DNA from: Heteronotia binoei
Taxonomy: Eukaryota
Length of the DNA: 64,000 nucleotides
Assembly (NCBI RefSeq): GCF_032191835.1
Contig: NC_083232.1
Span: 54,622,001-54,686,000, forward strand
Direction of reading: 5' to 3'
Positions 44,384 through 58,329 of this stretch are shown here, in pieces. The first letter of the stretch is position 1. Every line of letters begins with the position of its first letter. The notes below the pieces were generated by a model, which was given only the letters and a program-made list of their open reading frames with translations, ran no database searches and was not told where the DNA came from. A program made the position numbers and the translations under genes.

Positions 44384-46128
44384 GGCTAGATGACCCTCTG
44401 GTTTGATCCAGCAGAGCTGTTGTGCTAATTCTAATGTAGTTTTCCTTTGTAAACCATACCTTATTGAGGGATATATTAGAGTACAAAATACAGGTGTATT
44501 TTCCAGGAAGCACCTATGAAGACTGAGTATGCAGGAACGTGGTCTACACAGAGATCTTTCTTATATATTGTGGCATAGATTTTGGATTCTAATGTAATAT
44601 GAATTTTTACTATTGGGGAAAAAGTATTGTGTTGGAATTGGCCCAATAACTTTTACTAGGAGTGACCAGATGTCACAAAATAGAACGCAAGCTTCAGGTT
44701 TCACAGAACACTTCAGTAGGTTGAATATTTAGTAACCCCCCCCCCCAAAAAAAAACAAAAAACAAAAAAGAGTAGTGGGAAGAGAATATAACAATATGGA
44801 ACATGTTGGGGTGGTCCCCATGTCCACAGCCTAGAATCCAGGATGTGTTGCAGAGCTGGTTGGATTGTGTGTGTGTATGTGTGTTTTAAGTGTCATCAGG
44901 CTGCTTTCAACTTACACACACAAAAAAATTCACTGTAATATGCTTAAATAATAAACAGTTGTTTAAAGCAGTAATGGTCTAAGCATGCAGTTATTGAAAA
45001 TGTGAACAAAACAATCTGGTACTGAAAGGTTTGAATTCATTCCATTATAAAGCTGTTAAATGGTGCCCAAGTTTGCTATTTTCTGTTAAGTCTGTCATCT
45101 GTCTTTAATTAGAAAACTAATCTGCTATACAGATATTTTGTCTTGTAAATTCCGAGGCTGGTTAATATCACTGAGGAAGATATATCAAAGTGAGTTATTA
45201 TCCTTGGGAACCTTGTGTGAAGATTTTGAATCCTGCTTCAGATGAAATTGAATATTATCTGTATTCCTTTCCTGATGTATTTGAACTGTTACTTTCTTTT
45301 GGATATATGAAAAGATTTGTACTATGCTGCTGGTGATTGAAATTATTTTTTGAATTATTATTTAATAGTGATTTTTGTATTCTTGCATAGTAATTGCTTA
45401 GGCCATTATAGCTTTAAATAATATTTAAGGGCATTATATTAAAGTGACTTTTTGGGGGGGGCATTTGTCTTACAACTGTAACTTTTCTGCTTCTGACTTA
45501 CAGCATCTCTATGAATTAATGTCCTCCAAAATGTCCTATTAATAACAGCCTTGCTGCGGTCTTGCAAACTTGATTGGATTACTTGGTTTTATATGCAAAC
45601 AGGTCTTGGTCACCACCAAGACTAATGGGGCAAAGAGAAAATGCTCACATTCCTTTTGGAAATGAAATGCTGAGCAATAAATCATACCATAAAATTCAGT
45701 TCTTCATTGAAATAAGATAAAAGGTATTGCTGTTACAAGACAATAGAAAATTAGTACCAAATTCCAGTATCTTGACAAACTTGTGTGAAAAAATCTTTCT
45801 GTAGTTGATTTTGTTGCTAATGCATCTGTTCTACCTTGATATACATATTATGAGCATCTGTAGAAACCAGTTTGTCTCTGTTAACCATATGTAGCTTCAC
45901 ATTTGTCTTTGCTGACAAACACAGATCTTAACATCTTGTAATTTCTGGGTTATAGAAGCTGGAGCTGCTGATTCCTTATTTATTTTCAAAACTGACGTAT
46001 CATTAAATATGTGTTAGGGTTGGCAAGTGAAGGCTGATGTTTTTAATCAGCATTCTATATATGGGCACTACATTTTAATAAGAATATATCTGACTGTAAA
46101 TGGTTTCCATGTTTCAGGCTCTGTCAGT

Positions 46129-46156
46129 ATGGAGGAGGATTCACTATTTGATAAAG
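46129..46156 (+). CDS. STK31: STK31 (TDRD8) first traced coding exon; exon acceptor at 46116-46117, ATG in strong Kozak context
   Basis: AGT-ATG-G; MEEDSLFDK(V) corresponds to the mammalian MDEDTHYDKV segment. AAG|GTATAC donor. The true start may lie upstream. Confidence 0.8.
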
Positions 46157-46234
46157 GTATACATATGAAGATTATTTAATTCCCTCCCCTCAATTCTGAA
46201 AGCAGGGTTTGACTTGAATTCTTTTTCTCCACAG

Positions 46235-46287
46235 TTGAAAAAGTAATTGGCTGCCATGTGGAAGATGCAGTAACATTTTGGGCACAG
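46235..46287 (+). CDS. STK31: STK31 coding exon
   Basis: 53 nt, (V)EKVIGCHVEDAVTFWAQ; CAG|GTAAAT donor. Confidence 0.93.
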
Positions 46288-46540
46288 GTAAATTCAGGCA
46301 TGTGGGATGCAGGAGAGTGACTTGATAGGCAGGGCGGGGGGAGAATTCAAGGCCATTCTTACCCAACAGGAATGATTGTAGTATCCATAGGTAATTATTA
46401 GACTTGGGGAAAGCACCTCTTAGTCCCATGTTTTATAGATGTTAAATTTGCAGAGCTTGTTTGTTAGTAGTATTTTTTCAAGTAAAATAACTGCCTTTCA
46501 TTTGAGAGAGCTGACATTGTTTTAAATTTATGCTATTTAG

Positions 46541-46639
46541 AACATTAATAGACATCATGACATCTTGAAGACTAGCTGTGCTCTAGCTGAAATTTGTCCT
46601 CAAGCCAGATCAGTTTTTGGTAATCCTGATCTTGCTAAG
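46541..46639 (+). CDS. STK31: STK31 coding exon
   Basis: 99 nt, NINRHHDILKTSCALAEICPQARSVFGNPDLAK; AAG|GTAGGT donor. Confidence 0.92.
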
Positions 46640-48516
46640 GTAGGTTGTTTATATGGTTTCTTTATTTACCAAAATATAAAAAGATCAGTAGATATTATTT
46701 CAAACTGCACCCCTAAGCAGACTAATAATCCTATCCAAGGAAGCAGCACTGGCAATAGGGTGCCAGCACTGGGCTTCTGCCCCAGGCAAGCTGCCTCCCC
46801 CACTCCCAACTTCCTGCACGCCCTCCCCCCTCCCCACCCAAGCATGGCAGCAGGCCCCATTTGGTGCCCTGGTGCACATATGTCACCACCCCTACTGGCT
46901 ATCAGGTGCATCATCACTGGCCTCGAGGTGGGAAGAGAAGGGAAGAGGTGGAGTGATGGTGGGAAGGAGCCAAGAGCTTCCTTCCTGCCTCACTGTCTTT
47001 TGCCTTGCTGCCAGCTGCTTTTATTTGTTGGCAGCTCGGCCTCCCTTGCAGGCTGCTTGGGCTGCCTGTGGGGAGAGGGTGGGGTGGGAGGGGGTGCCTG
47101 GCACCCCTGTAGACCAGGTGGTGCTCGTAGGCAGCCACCTAACTGGCCTACTTGGACGCACTGGGCCTGCAAGGAAGAATTACATTCTTGTAAGCCTATT
47201 GAAGTCAGTGGGCTTAGAAGGGAAAATTGCACTTAGAAATGCAGTATGAAACTTGGCTAGCATATGGTGAAGAATGACTTAACAGTCCTTTGAAGTGGTA
47301 GAATGGACAGCACTGCTTCTAACTGAGTGATTACAGGTTTGAATATTCCTTGCATAAAAAAACCTCCATGCAGATATAGAATGAGCAAAGTGGGGTATGG
47401 GACTCCTTATAATGGGCCACATGAGTGAATTGCTGGCACTCCAGTTCTTCTCTCTGCACCTTCCATGTTAAATATTACCTTGTGTGATTTTTTTAGGGAT
47501 GTTAGCTGGGCTCTCAGTGTTGGCTGGTGTATAGAGGTGTTAACATGGTGTATAGAGGAGAATGTAGAATGTCTGGAGCTTTGTCTGATCCTATACTGGT
47601 GTGAGCACTTGAGGCTTTTATGTTGTATGTTTGCTTGTTATAATCTCAGTGGAGCCAATGTTTAAATTAATGTTTTAAAAAGTAATGGGATAAAATTTTA
47701 ATTTCAATAATCAGATATGAGCTGATGCTACGTTAACTGATACTACCAGCCTATATGTGGTTTATGACTTGTTGCTAATGATGTGGATCATGGTTTCTGT
47801 TAATTATGTAATTATGATATTATCTAGTCTGGATGTGGTTTGTTTAATGTTTCTGTAAGGTTTTTAAAGTTGTAAGCTGCCCAGAGCCCGCTTGCAGGAT
47901 AGGGTGGGGTATAAATAAAAAAATTAAATTATTCAGTAATTTCACTCAAGATGGTGTGATTTATCATGCTTATTTTCTGACTTCATTTATATATTGCCTT
48001 GGTTCCCAGTGGGGACCAAAACAGCTCACATTGTTCTTTTCTGTTCCATTTTATTCTTACAACAACCTTGTCAATTGGGTTAGGCTGAGAGTATGTGATT
48101 CGCATGAAGTCTGGGACTACTCCTGTCACAAAAAAATGAGTATATATAGCATTTGAGTAGTTACAAATACTTGCAGTACATTATTCCCGAATTTGTTTTT
48201 GAAAATGTTGTTTCTTTTCACATTAAAAACCCCTTAAAACCCCCTCAAGTTTTTAGTATGAAAAGGAAGAATACAAACAAGGACATCTACTATGAATTAA
48301 AATGTTGAGGGAAAAGGGTTGAATACTGGGCTCCATCCCACTTTTGGAGGGGGGGAGCATTATCTAAAGCTGTAATCTTTCAATCTACTTCATGTAGTTT
48401 TTACATGAAGTAGATGGAAAGATTGCTTGGAAATTCCCCATGTTTCTTATAGCTGGGACCCAAAAGTCTCGCTAAAAGTATTCTGACAATGCCTCTTGTG
48501 ATTTTTGAAACAGTCA

Positions 48517-49460
48517 TTCTATCTTTGAGGCAGAGGACATCTTGGTGGGGTGATTCCCACTGTCCTATCAGGGAGGGAAGAACTAGATTTTTCCTCTTCC
48601 TGTCTGCCATGGGAGTCACTCACCTCTTCAGTCTTGTTTCTGCCTCAACAGGGAGAGCATTTCTTTAGTAGGCTTAGCCTTCTATCGTCTTCTTTAGACC
48701 CTATTATTCAGTTTTCTTCCTTACCTACGACTACTATCACTTACTGTCTACTTATCTATTTTCTATTTCTGTCTTATTGTCTGAGTCTGCTGCCTTATCC
48801 TTAATTTTTGAAGAAGCCTTATTCAGTGTGTGAAACTCAGTGAACCTCAGCAACCATTTTGGGTCTAACACAAATGGCTGCAGCTTCAATCCTCCCAATG
48901 ACATCAAAGGAGCCCTCAGATAGATTCCTCCTCAAAGGGGAGTCAGTTGCGGTGCTCACAGCCATTGCTGTAAAGCAGGAGACATCAGGAGCTGGGATGC
49001 CTGATATTTGGCTTGCGCAAACTACTTCCAATGAACTGACCGCTGTGTTGGTTCAATAGTGTGTGAAAAAGTGCTGCCTTCTGAAACCCACCTAGAATCA
49101 ACAGCCCAGTGCAGCCCAGCAGCTTTGAGCAGTGGCCATTTTGAAAGCTCCAAATCGACAGGTGGAGATACTATCCAGGCTCCTAGCACCCAATCCAAGC
49201 CTAGAGATGCTGATGCCAACACCCAATTTAAGCCTAGAGATGCTGAAGAAACAGATGCAGATTTGCCTCCTTTGGGGCAAATCTCAGCAGCACAGATGGG
49301 TAATGTGCCCAGATCCAGGACCTTGAATGTAGAGTTTATGAATATGATAAAGCAAACCATACAGGAGGAGATATGTAATTTCTGCCACCAGGAAGACTTA
49401 AGTTCCAACAGAGCTCCCACAGACTCCTCTTCACCCCTCTGCTTCCAGGCAGGAGGTTAA
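48517..49460 (+). mobile_element. 5' fragment of a second, divergent DIRS element (left terminus and decayed gag start)
   Basis: 48628-48655 matches 812-839 of the full-length element at 25/28 nt. ORF 49059-49460 contains TLNVEFMNMIKQTIQEEICNF, similar to PLNPEAMLFIRRAMQEEMGSF in the first gag. Confidence 0.7.
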
Positions 49461-50010
49461 CATTAGGGGTGGGCACAAACTGAAAAAATAGAGGTCTGTG
49501 GAGGGTCATTGTTTGTGGGGTTTATAAACCATGAACCTTGACGGACTTTCCTGTTTAACTTTCCTGGTTATGGTTTGTTGGGTTTGTGAAGGGAAGGCAT
49601 TCAAAATGCCCTCCCTTCACTCACTGAGGCATGCTTCCAACAGTGAAGGGAAGGCACATTGCAGTTTGTCTTCCCTTCTCATGCCACTGCTGCTATGTGA
49701 CTGGGAAAGGGAAGTGGAAGTGTTTAAACATGCCCCCCCTTCACTCTCCAGAGTTGTGCTGCAGTGGCAGAATGCTTCCACATAAGAAATTTTCTCATTA
49801 CCTAGTATTGACAATGTATAGTTTTATACAGTTAAGTCTGTTTGCTGCTGTTAGAAGCAGCTGCCTAAGCAATGTAAATCAACTAAATAGCATGCCACTG
49901 AATTATTGAATTAGAAACTTGTGGGCAAAATGATGTATGTTAAAGGGTCACAAATTCTGTTTTCCGTTATGTGCAGTTCCACTAATGATTGATTTTGTTT
50001 TGAAATGCAG

Positions 50011-50085
50011 GTTTATGGTGGGTGCTTTTCTGAAGATAAATGCTGGTATAGGTGTAAAGTACAAAGGGTTATCAGTGATGAAAAG
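50011..50085 (+). CDS. STK31: STK31 coding exon (Tudor domain)
   Basis: 75 nt, VYGGCFSEDKCWYRCKVQRVISDEK (Tudor D-x-x-WYR motif). Confidence 0.95.
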
Positions 50086-50377
50086 GTAAGGAGTTTCTGA
50101 CTAGCCACACAACTTGATTTTTTAAATAATGTTACAAGTTTGTTAGTAGAATAAAGTGCAGCTGAAAAGTTGTGGAGCTTTTAAATTCAAACTCTGAATG
50201 ATGCCATACCCACTTTCCAGAAACACATTATGGGCACCAAGAAAGATGGACCCACTCTGTGTTTTAGTGGGCACCAAAAAACACATGGGGAATCCCAATT
50301 TAGATATGCCTATGTATGATTAATATTGTGGATTATAACTTCAGTAACTAATAGGTTTTTCTTTTTAATTGCTGCAG

Positions 50378-50536
50378 TGTCAGGTATTATATATTGATTA
50401 TGGAAACTCTGAGATTCTTAACCGGTCAGAAATAGTTGAAATTCCTTCAGACTTGCAGTTTCCTAGTGTGGCCGAAAAATATAGACTGTGGGGATTTCAG
50501 ATTGCAGTTAATCAAGATTTGAATCGGTTTGACCAG
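50378..50536 (+). CDS. STK31: STK31 coding exon (Tudor domain)
   Basis: 159 nt, CQVLYIDYGNSEILNRSEIVEIPSDLQFPSVAEKYRLWGFQIAVNQDLNRFDQ (Tudor YIDYGN motif). Confidence 0.96.
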
Positions 50537-51539
50537 GTGAGCTAGTCTTTTTGTTTTCCATGTGCATATAAACTATTCAGTGGTCAAGCCACTTTGGAAA
50601 CCAGGAAGCAAAAGAGCAGCTTAATTTCTTTTGCTTTATAGTAGTTACCGTAAATATTTCACTTTGTAGCATTTGTGTGTCCTTTTAACAATATGATAAA
50701 CTGACAGTTATTTTTACCCTACATTTTAGAGGTTAAGTGTAAATCATTCCCTTTTTATTTTGAAGATGTGTAGTTCTATGGAGAGTTTGTATTTCCAACA
50801 AGAATGGTTAATCAATAGAGATGAAATATAAAAAATGCCAACAGACCCAAGATCTTTATCAAAATCCTTTTAAACAACTTTGTTTATTGCATATTTTACT
50901 TTTTGTACAACTGGTTGTTGATGTTGTTGCTTCTGTTAACTGCATATTAGGAACTAATGGCCAAATGAGATGTGATGGCATCCCTGGGGATGCACCACCA
51001 TTTTGAAGCTCTAGGGAGCTCCTCTCACCAGTGCTGTGGTGTGATTGTGGTTGGGACCATTGCAGGAGACAGACCATTACAGGGGACCCTTCCTCCCTGC
51101 TGCCACAGTGGTTCTGGTTAGAGTCAGGGCCCCATGGCACTCTGGAAAGGAGTTTTTCAGTGGGAACTCACTGCTTCAAAAAGTCAATACAAACCAAGGG
51201 AGACTTGGGGATGCTGTCACATCTCATTTGGCCTAAAGCCATGCAAATTGATGGAAGCCTTACCTGATGATCATGTGATTATCAGAAGACTCTCTCAGCT
51301 TTAGCTTTGGAGGCTTCATTGAGCCACTGCTCAGAACATTTGAAGCTTCTCAGTAGCTTTATGAGTTAAGGCTTGTTTTTAAAAACCAAAAATCAGTTTG
51401 TTGATTGTTTGTCCTGACAAATGTACTATATATAACATCATTGCAAACCTGTTGCATGTGAGAGTACTCATGCAGTTGAGGCAAGCGTCTATAGTGTGAA
51501 CTATTCTATAACTTTTTTTAAAAAAAACTTGTTTTGCAG

Positions 51540-51892
51540 GGAAGGAAGTTCCTGAATAGCTTGATTTTTGAAAAAGAAGTGAAAATAACATGCAAGGGCA
51601 CATGTCTTGATGGAACCATTCTTGCCCTTGCAGAGTGTGGTGTGCTGAGTATTGGGGAAGAAATGGTAAAGAAAGGATTTGCTGAAAGGTCCAAGTGTCC
51701 TGTAAGCAATAATAACTGTGATACCCAGACAGATTCTTCTAAATCCCAATCAAGGAATGCAAAACCAACAACTTCAGTGTGGTCAAACAGAGCTAACTCT
51801 GCAGCGAGCAACAGAGTTAGAGGCTTTGGGGATCATATGCCTCAGAATGGTTGGAATGAGAACAATACTGCAAATCATGTGCCGTTTATCAA
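51540..51892 (+). CDS. STK31: STK31 coding exon
   Basis: 353 nt, GRKFLNSLIFEKEVKITCKG...GEEMVKKGFAER...NHVPFI(K); AA|GTAAGC donor, phase 2. Confidence 0.92.
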
Positions 51893-54478
51893 GTAAGCTA
51901 TGCTGAGAAACTGAAAGTACTTTCAGACTGTTTTATGTAATAAATGCTTATGAAGCATTTGAGGCTCAAGCCCTTTCTGGTCGCTAATGTATGAGGACTG
52001 ATCGTAGCTGGCAAGGAAGAGTGCCTGTGTATTTATTTATTTATTAAATGTATATTCTGCCCTTCCCAAAGCAGGCTGTGTGCAAGTAATACCAAGTTAT
52101 ATAAACGTTAAAAACCAGTTAGTACATAATCATTAAAACAAATGAAACAAATAGACAATTAAAAGAAAGATAGATATAGCAGTTCAGAATCCCCCCATAC
52201 ACTGGAGAGGTGGTAATGGAGTCACACCAGCTCATATCATATTAGGACTCTGCAGAGGACAAATGGTCAGAGCAGCTTCTATGCAGGAAAACCAGCTAAT
52301 TGGTATCCAAAGGGACTTAATAATGTTGTAGTGCACAACCCTTGGAAATGTTCAGGAATAAAGATTTGATGTTCCCTGACTCAGAGAAAGTACTGTTGTT
52401 TAGCCCTTTCTAAATTTTGTTAGCCCTCCCACATAAGCTAACAAGTTAACAATAACTGCAATCTCTTTTGGGGGTTTAGCCTGCCTTCTGGTGATGCTTC
52501 CTTCATCAAGCGTAGAGCTAATGAACTATATGTATTGTCCCCCGCAGATTCTTGCTACTTTCAGTTGTTTATATCACCAAGGGAAGTTGGGGGGGTCAAT
52601 TCCCCTTATCCCCCCCACCACAGGCCACAGACTGAAGGGAACAAAGTGGTAGGACACTTAATTCTCTAGCCATAGTACCAACCAGCTGAACGAAAGCTTG
52701 TACTCCTTGTATCTTAAAGGTTGATGAGGTTAGACTTGGGGTACTACTTGGGTGTTCTGGAAACTGATATTGCAGTAGAGTTTCCAGTGCATTGGCTAAT
52801 ATTTTGTCTGATATGACATTGTGTGACACCATATCTGTCCCTTACTGTTTCTCCTACTGGCCCAAATGCAAGGGCATGTGGGAGGGTTGGACCACTGAAG
52901 TGGACAGATGGCATGTGTAGGTTGGAAAGAAGCATTGGAGGAACTGTGTCCAAACTACTTCTGAACTCCTGCTTTAGGTGGTAGTTGTTTGAATGATTCC
53001 TCACAAAAAAGCCTCCCTCAGCATAGAAAAGTAATGTGGGGATAAATTGATCTGCACAGAAATTTTCTCTCTGACATGCTACTATTCTATGAGAAGGTTG
53101 GGTTTGAGAGAAGGATAAAGAGAAGTATTCAGAATTTTAGTTCCCCACCTTTTATTTAAAATAGTGCAAGGCAAGAAAAATTTTGCTTACATGATTCTGA
53201 TGAAACTATAGAGGTGCTATGGCTCAGTGATAGGACATCAGTTTTGCATTCAGAAAGTCCCAGGTGTTATGTGAAAGACCTCTTACTAGCAGCAGATTGG
53301 GATTGGGAATTGGCAAGAACCGGGGGGAAATGGTGGTTCGTTTTATTTCATTTGATTTCTGACCTGGTTCATGGCTCATTTGGTTTGAAAGTTGTTAAAC
53401 TCACTGGGAGTTTCAGCAGGCTCTGTTCTGTCCACCCTTCAAGTTTAGTGAAGATTGGATTTAGAATGTCTTAAGTTATAGCCCCCCCCCCCAAAGCAGG
53501 TGTCCCCAGGAAAGCTCATCTTCAGCTCTCACTGTCAACTCCTTGTTCTGCAGAATGGGAGTTCTGTGATTGGCTCATGGAGCTGCCAATCAAGCTATGG
53601 ACAACTGCTATGGGTATTTCTAGGGCTCCTGGAAGTCCACCCCCCAGTGTTGCCTAGCAATTGATTGAATCACTACCAGGCTGTCTGGAGAAGACGAACT
53701 GTAAAGACAAATGAAGCACTATGGTCAGAATCGTTCAAAACAGTTCACAAATCAGTACGATTCATGCACAAATGACAATTTGTGGTTTGGTTTGTTCCCA
53801 TGCCTAGTCCAAATAGAGTAGACTATATTGACCTTTATTTTGGGGCTCTGGCCAGGAGCTTCAGGGTTCACAGAAATCCCAAGGAAATGATATGCAAGAC
53901 CCAGGTTTGCTTACAAAGAGATTTTAATAAGCAGTGATCAAGCCTACAGAAATAGTAGGCTGAGCTCCCATCTGCTGGGTCTCAAATGCACACATGCACA
54001 GTGAAACTTAGCCAGATCTTGAGATGAGATACAAAGCTAAAACTAAGAATCTTATACGCCAGTTGCTGTCAACAAGTTGGGGAATCATTAAACTGTCCCA
54101 AACACTGAAATAAGCCGTCTCTCACCTGGTGTCTAGTGGGGAGAGAAAACAAGTCAGGCTTCCTAGATAAGAACTGCTAACAAGCATGAAAAAGAAGAAT
54201 ATCTTCTTGGGAGTGTCCTGACAGCTGTCCCCTTGCACAGTTCAGAGCAACTAAAGGTTAAGCACCAGCCTGTAACAAAGGTAGAGTTATGGAAACTGTA
54301 CTCTTTGACAGACAGTCTTAACTACATGTATAGACTAGCCCTTATTCTACTTACATGAATGAAAGTCTTGTTAAATTCCAGGAAATATGGAAAGGTAGTT
54401 TGTCAGAGGCCTTGGATGGGCAATCATAAAGTATGCTTCTGAAATCCAGTGATGAAATTGGTCTCTGTTTTTCAACAG

Positions 54479-54674
54479 GGAAAAAATGATAGCTTGTGAT
54501 TTGAGCAGGGCATCAAATATTAGCCTGGCAAAAATCAAACAAGAGCAAAAACTTATAGAGGAGAATTTAAAGCTAAAAGAAGAGAAAATGGCTTTCAAGG
54601 AAGAGAACCAGAATCTTCTCCATCTGTGTGAAGAACTTAAATCAAAGGTTGAGAAGCTTGATTGTGAACTGGAG
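54479..54674 (+). CDS. STK31: STK31 coding exon (coiled coil)
   Basis: 196 nt, EKMIACDLSRASNISLAKIKQEQKLIEENLKLKEEK...KVEKLDCELE; GAG|GTATGG donor. Confidence 0.9.
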
Positions 54675-55865
54675 GTATGGTGGAAAGAAGGGTTTTGAAT
54701 CATATGCCTTTGCAGCCTTTTAAGCAAAAGTTATTGAACTGGTCACTCTTGCTGGTGTAGTCTTTTGTTGAAGACTTCTTCTTTGCTTAGTGAAAAATTT
54801 AGTACTTTGATAAATGGTCAAAATGCCACCCCTGCTGTGATTATCATTGTCTACCACCAAACTGTTGACAATAGAGTGCAGAGCTGGTCCAACCCAGTAG
54901 CAGCATTGCTTCATGTGGCAAAAGTACAGGGGTTCCACGCTGCTCGGAAACCACTTTGGGCAAACATAATCTACCTCCTAGGCTTTTGGGAATAGAGTGA
55001 ACAAAGTTACAGGGACAGTTTGATCAAAAGTTACAATCAGAGTTATAGGGATAGTTCTCTGTTATGCCATTTTCCAGATTTCAGGCCATTTTCCCATATG
55101 TGTGTGCCAGACCACACCACAATTAAAGCAAACATTTTTGCAGCACAGAAAATAGTACAGTTACTTCTCATTTTTTTTTAAAAAAAGAGGAAAGTAGTTT
55201 TACAGCCCTACCCGTAGATAGCTTTTCAGCCACAAGATGCTGCATAGCAGTTCCATACATATAATTTTCACTGGTTGACTGGGATGTGAGAAACCTTACT
55301 TCAAATCTCCTGTGTATTGTAAAGACTTGAATGCCTTTGGGCTATAGTCACACACTTTGCCTGATAATACTTAACAGGGTTGTTGTCTGTCTCTTCTTCA
55401 TTTCATCCTCTTTGGGGGTGGAATGGGTTATTGGGGTCATTGGCTGTTTTAGATATGTAAGCTGCCTTGAATCTAAAAGGGAAGGAAGGGTATAAATATT
55501 TCAATAATTAGATAAGCTGCTTTGAACTCCCTAGATGAATATATGGATAAAATGTATACTAGGTACATTAACTATATGCAAATACAAGGTTTACTTGTTT
55601 GTTTTGGAGGGAGGCACATATTGGAAGGACAAGCAGTTGGGAAATTTCCCCTGCCCTTAGTGAAGAAGCATGTGATTGTGAAACTCTTGTTGAGGTTCTT
55701 TTAAGAAAGTGCTGGGTATGAATGAATTAAAGAGAAGAACCTGCAACTCTGGCTGACTGAGAGAGACAACCTGCGTAGATCATAGTGTATGAATCGGGTC
55801 TTAGGGTTCATCTGAGGGCTGTCAGCGGATGGATTGATTTTGCTGTTTTTATGATTAGTATGGAC

Positions 55866-56088
55866 TAGGGATGGGTGCAAACTCATGGACCTAAATTTAT
55901 GACACATTGCCTTTAGTGGTTTTTGCAAGCAGTGCACAAATGACATCCAAGCAACAAGGAATGTGTTCCGGTTAAATGGCATTTGCAAGCGCACCACATC
56001 AAGAACCATGAACCAGTTCATTAAATGGGAAAGTTCATGGAGGTTTGTGAACCATGAACCTCCATTTTCCCAGTTCATGTCCATCCTA
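55866..56088. mobile_element. hAT-type MITE (223 bp, TAGGGATG family)
   Basis: Inverted ends TAGGGATGGGTGCAAAC / GTTCATGTCCATCCTA; perfect 8-bp TSD GTATGGAC (55858-55865, 56089-56096). Confidence 0.85.
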
Positions 56089-56277
56089 GTATGGACTTCT
56101 CACTTAAGCTTGCATTGGTGTATCATACAGTTCTACTTAAAATACCCAGTCTGCTGAAGCCTTCTTTTCTTGGTTTCATATTTGTATGCAAATATTTTGA
56201 AGTTGATTTGTAAGTTTTCATGTTCATACTGTAGAAATGTTGTAGTACTGCCTATAATTTTATTTTTATCAATTCAG

Positions 56278-56372
56278 GCAAAAGAGAAAGCTCATAAGGA
56301 GACTCTGTCTACATATGTTGGAACTACTGTGAGAAATTTGGCTGTGAAGTTTGAGAAGCTGAAAGACATTAG
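56278..56372 (+). CDS. STK31: STK31 coding exon
   Basis: 95 nt, AKEKAHKETLSTYVGTTVRNLAVKFEKLKDI(R); phases 0 to 2 fit both neighbouring exons. Confidence 0.88.
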
Positions 56373-58329
56373 GTACAATCTACGTTGGTATCCCAAGCCT
56401 TTTTGAGCCTGAGGGTACATTTGGAATTTTGAATCAGGGTGGCAGATACCACTACAAAATGGCTGCCACAAGATATGGAGATAAGTAGACATAAACAAGA
56501 GGAAGGGGGATGTAAGCGCACCCACCCACCCACCCATGCACCCACACACACACACATCCCAGAAGCCCAGGGAGTGATAACACACATTCAGTAGATGACA
56601 ACCAGTGGGGAAAGGGTGGATAAAATGCTCACAGAGAAGAAAACTAGGGAGGGGAGAAGGGTGCTGCTGAGAGATAATCTAGTATTTATTTTTTAAATTA
56701 GAATTATGTCATGCCTCTCTCCCACAATGCGGGGCTTGAGGTGGCTTGCAACATTTTTTTTTTAATACAAGTGTCCTCAATCTAAGCAAGGACCTTTTTG
56801 GTCTTGACAGCATGTTGGTGGAAACTGCCTAATGATATCCATGCCCTGTGGGACCTAATGCAGTTCTGTAGGGCCTGAAGACAGATGTTCTGCCAGGCCT
56901 ATGGCTGAGAATAGCAACTGCTCACCATCAAGCCTGGCCTCCCATCTTCTCTCCCCTGCCCCCCCGGAAGGAGATAGAATGTTAATACCATATGATTACT
57001 TCAATTATTGCTGTGGTTACTATTTTAAGTTGTGTATATATTTATGTATTTATTAGAATTGTATTTATAAGTTATTGTTCACCACCCTGAGCTCCATTTG
57101 CGGGGAGGGCAGTATATAACTCAAATAATAAATAAAAACGGATTAAGATAGTTAAAATCTTAGCCATTTCCCAGTATCTGGAAATATTCTAGAGATAAAC
57201 CAATAGTTGCTGAAAATAAAATGGTTAGCCAAAGGCCTGCTGAAATAATTCCATTTTACATTCCCTGAGGAAGCTTTCCAACAGGATGAGGCTATGATGG
57301 AAAAAGCGCTCACCCCAGTGGAAGCAAGATGGAGTTCTTGAGAACTAGGCACCTATATACTCATCTTATGGAGCTTGCTGTATTGCATTCTTCCCCTCTA
57401 TTTTTGTTACGTTGATATTTGCTTAAATAAAACATTTTTAATTAAAAAAAAAAGAAATTATGCAGTGATACCATGGGGGACTGTGACTGGAAATGAGTGG
57501 CTTGTTTTGAGGCAAAAGTGAGAATTGAATTGGGAACATTTCTGGTTCTCAGAACATTCTCTTCCTATAACATCTCCTTCCAAAGACAAGAAAAGTGTTG
57601 AGTCTTGGTTTATTAGTTGCTTTCTTATGCAGCTTTCTGCTGAAAAATGTAAAGTCTTTATTGAACTAGTTGAAGTGAGTCTCAATACTGTGAATTTTGA
57701 GCAGGAGCTGTGCCTGGAGGGATGATCAGTGCACAGTCATGACTGTGGCATACATACCGATCACACAGATAGCAGATGATAAATGGTGTACAAGGTAGCA
57801 GGGTTTGCTCATGTTTTATGGACCACATCAGTTATCTTCAGTCTTAACCATGTGGAGTAGGAAGCTGGTGGACTAGTGATTTTTGTCTCATTATAGGTTC
57901 AGTACTTCTTATTTAAGGAAGCTGATTATAATGGTAGTATGCCTTTGTCATTTAATTTACACAAAGAATTATGTAGCCAAATAGCAGATTTTAAAAATAA
58001 ATGGTGACAGTATCCTGTGATGGGCTAAATATATATATAATATGGAAATCACATGTTTCTTCTAGACCTGGATGCACAAGTATAAATTTGGATTGTCAGG
58101 GATAATAATTGAATAGCCTAATCATTACCATTAGTATTTGGTTGTTTTTTATGCTTATTACAAACATTTTTCCTTTGTGTCATCTCACTCTTTTCAGTAT
58201 CCTGTAGAATAGAATGTATTACGTATGAAATGTAGAGCTATTTCTATGGCAGTTTTAAGCCTTGAACAATTTTCTTACATATTGAACATGTATTTTTCCT
58301 AAATTATTTCAATTCTCTTTTTCACCCAG

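Noticed and set aside
46565-47236. 223-aa ORF starting in an STK31 exon
   Set aside because: Only the first 25 codons are exonic; the rest is read-through past the 46640 donor into intron and GC-rich repeat sequence.
52596-53004. Minus-strand peptide QAFVQLVGTMARELSV...CGG faintly like an ERV env surface motif
   Set aside because: The similarity is too short and gapped, with no transmembrane-subunit motifs or pol nearby. A BLASTx/HMM search would be needed.
53829-54310. Possible solo LTR on the minus strand (TG...CA, TATA-like and AATAAA in the right order)
   Set aside because: No target-site duplication, PBS, PPT or second copy found; the motifs could be chance.
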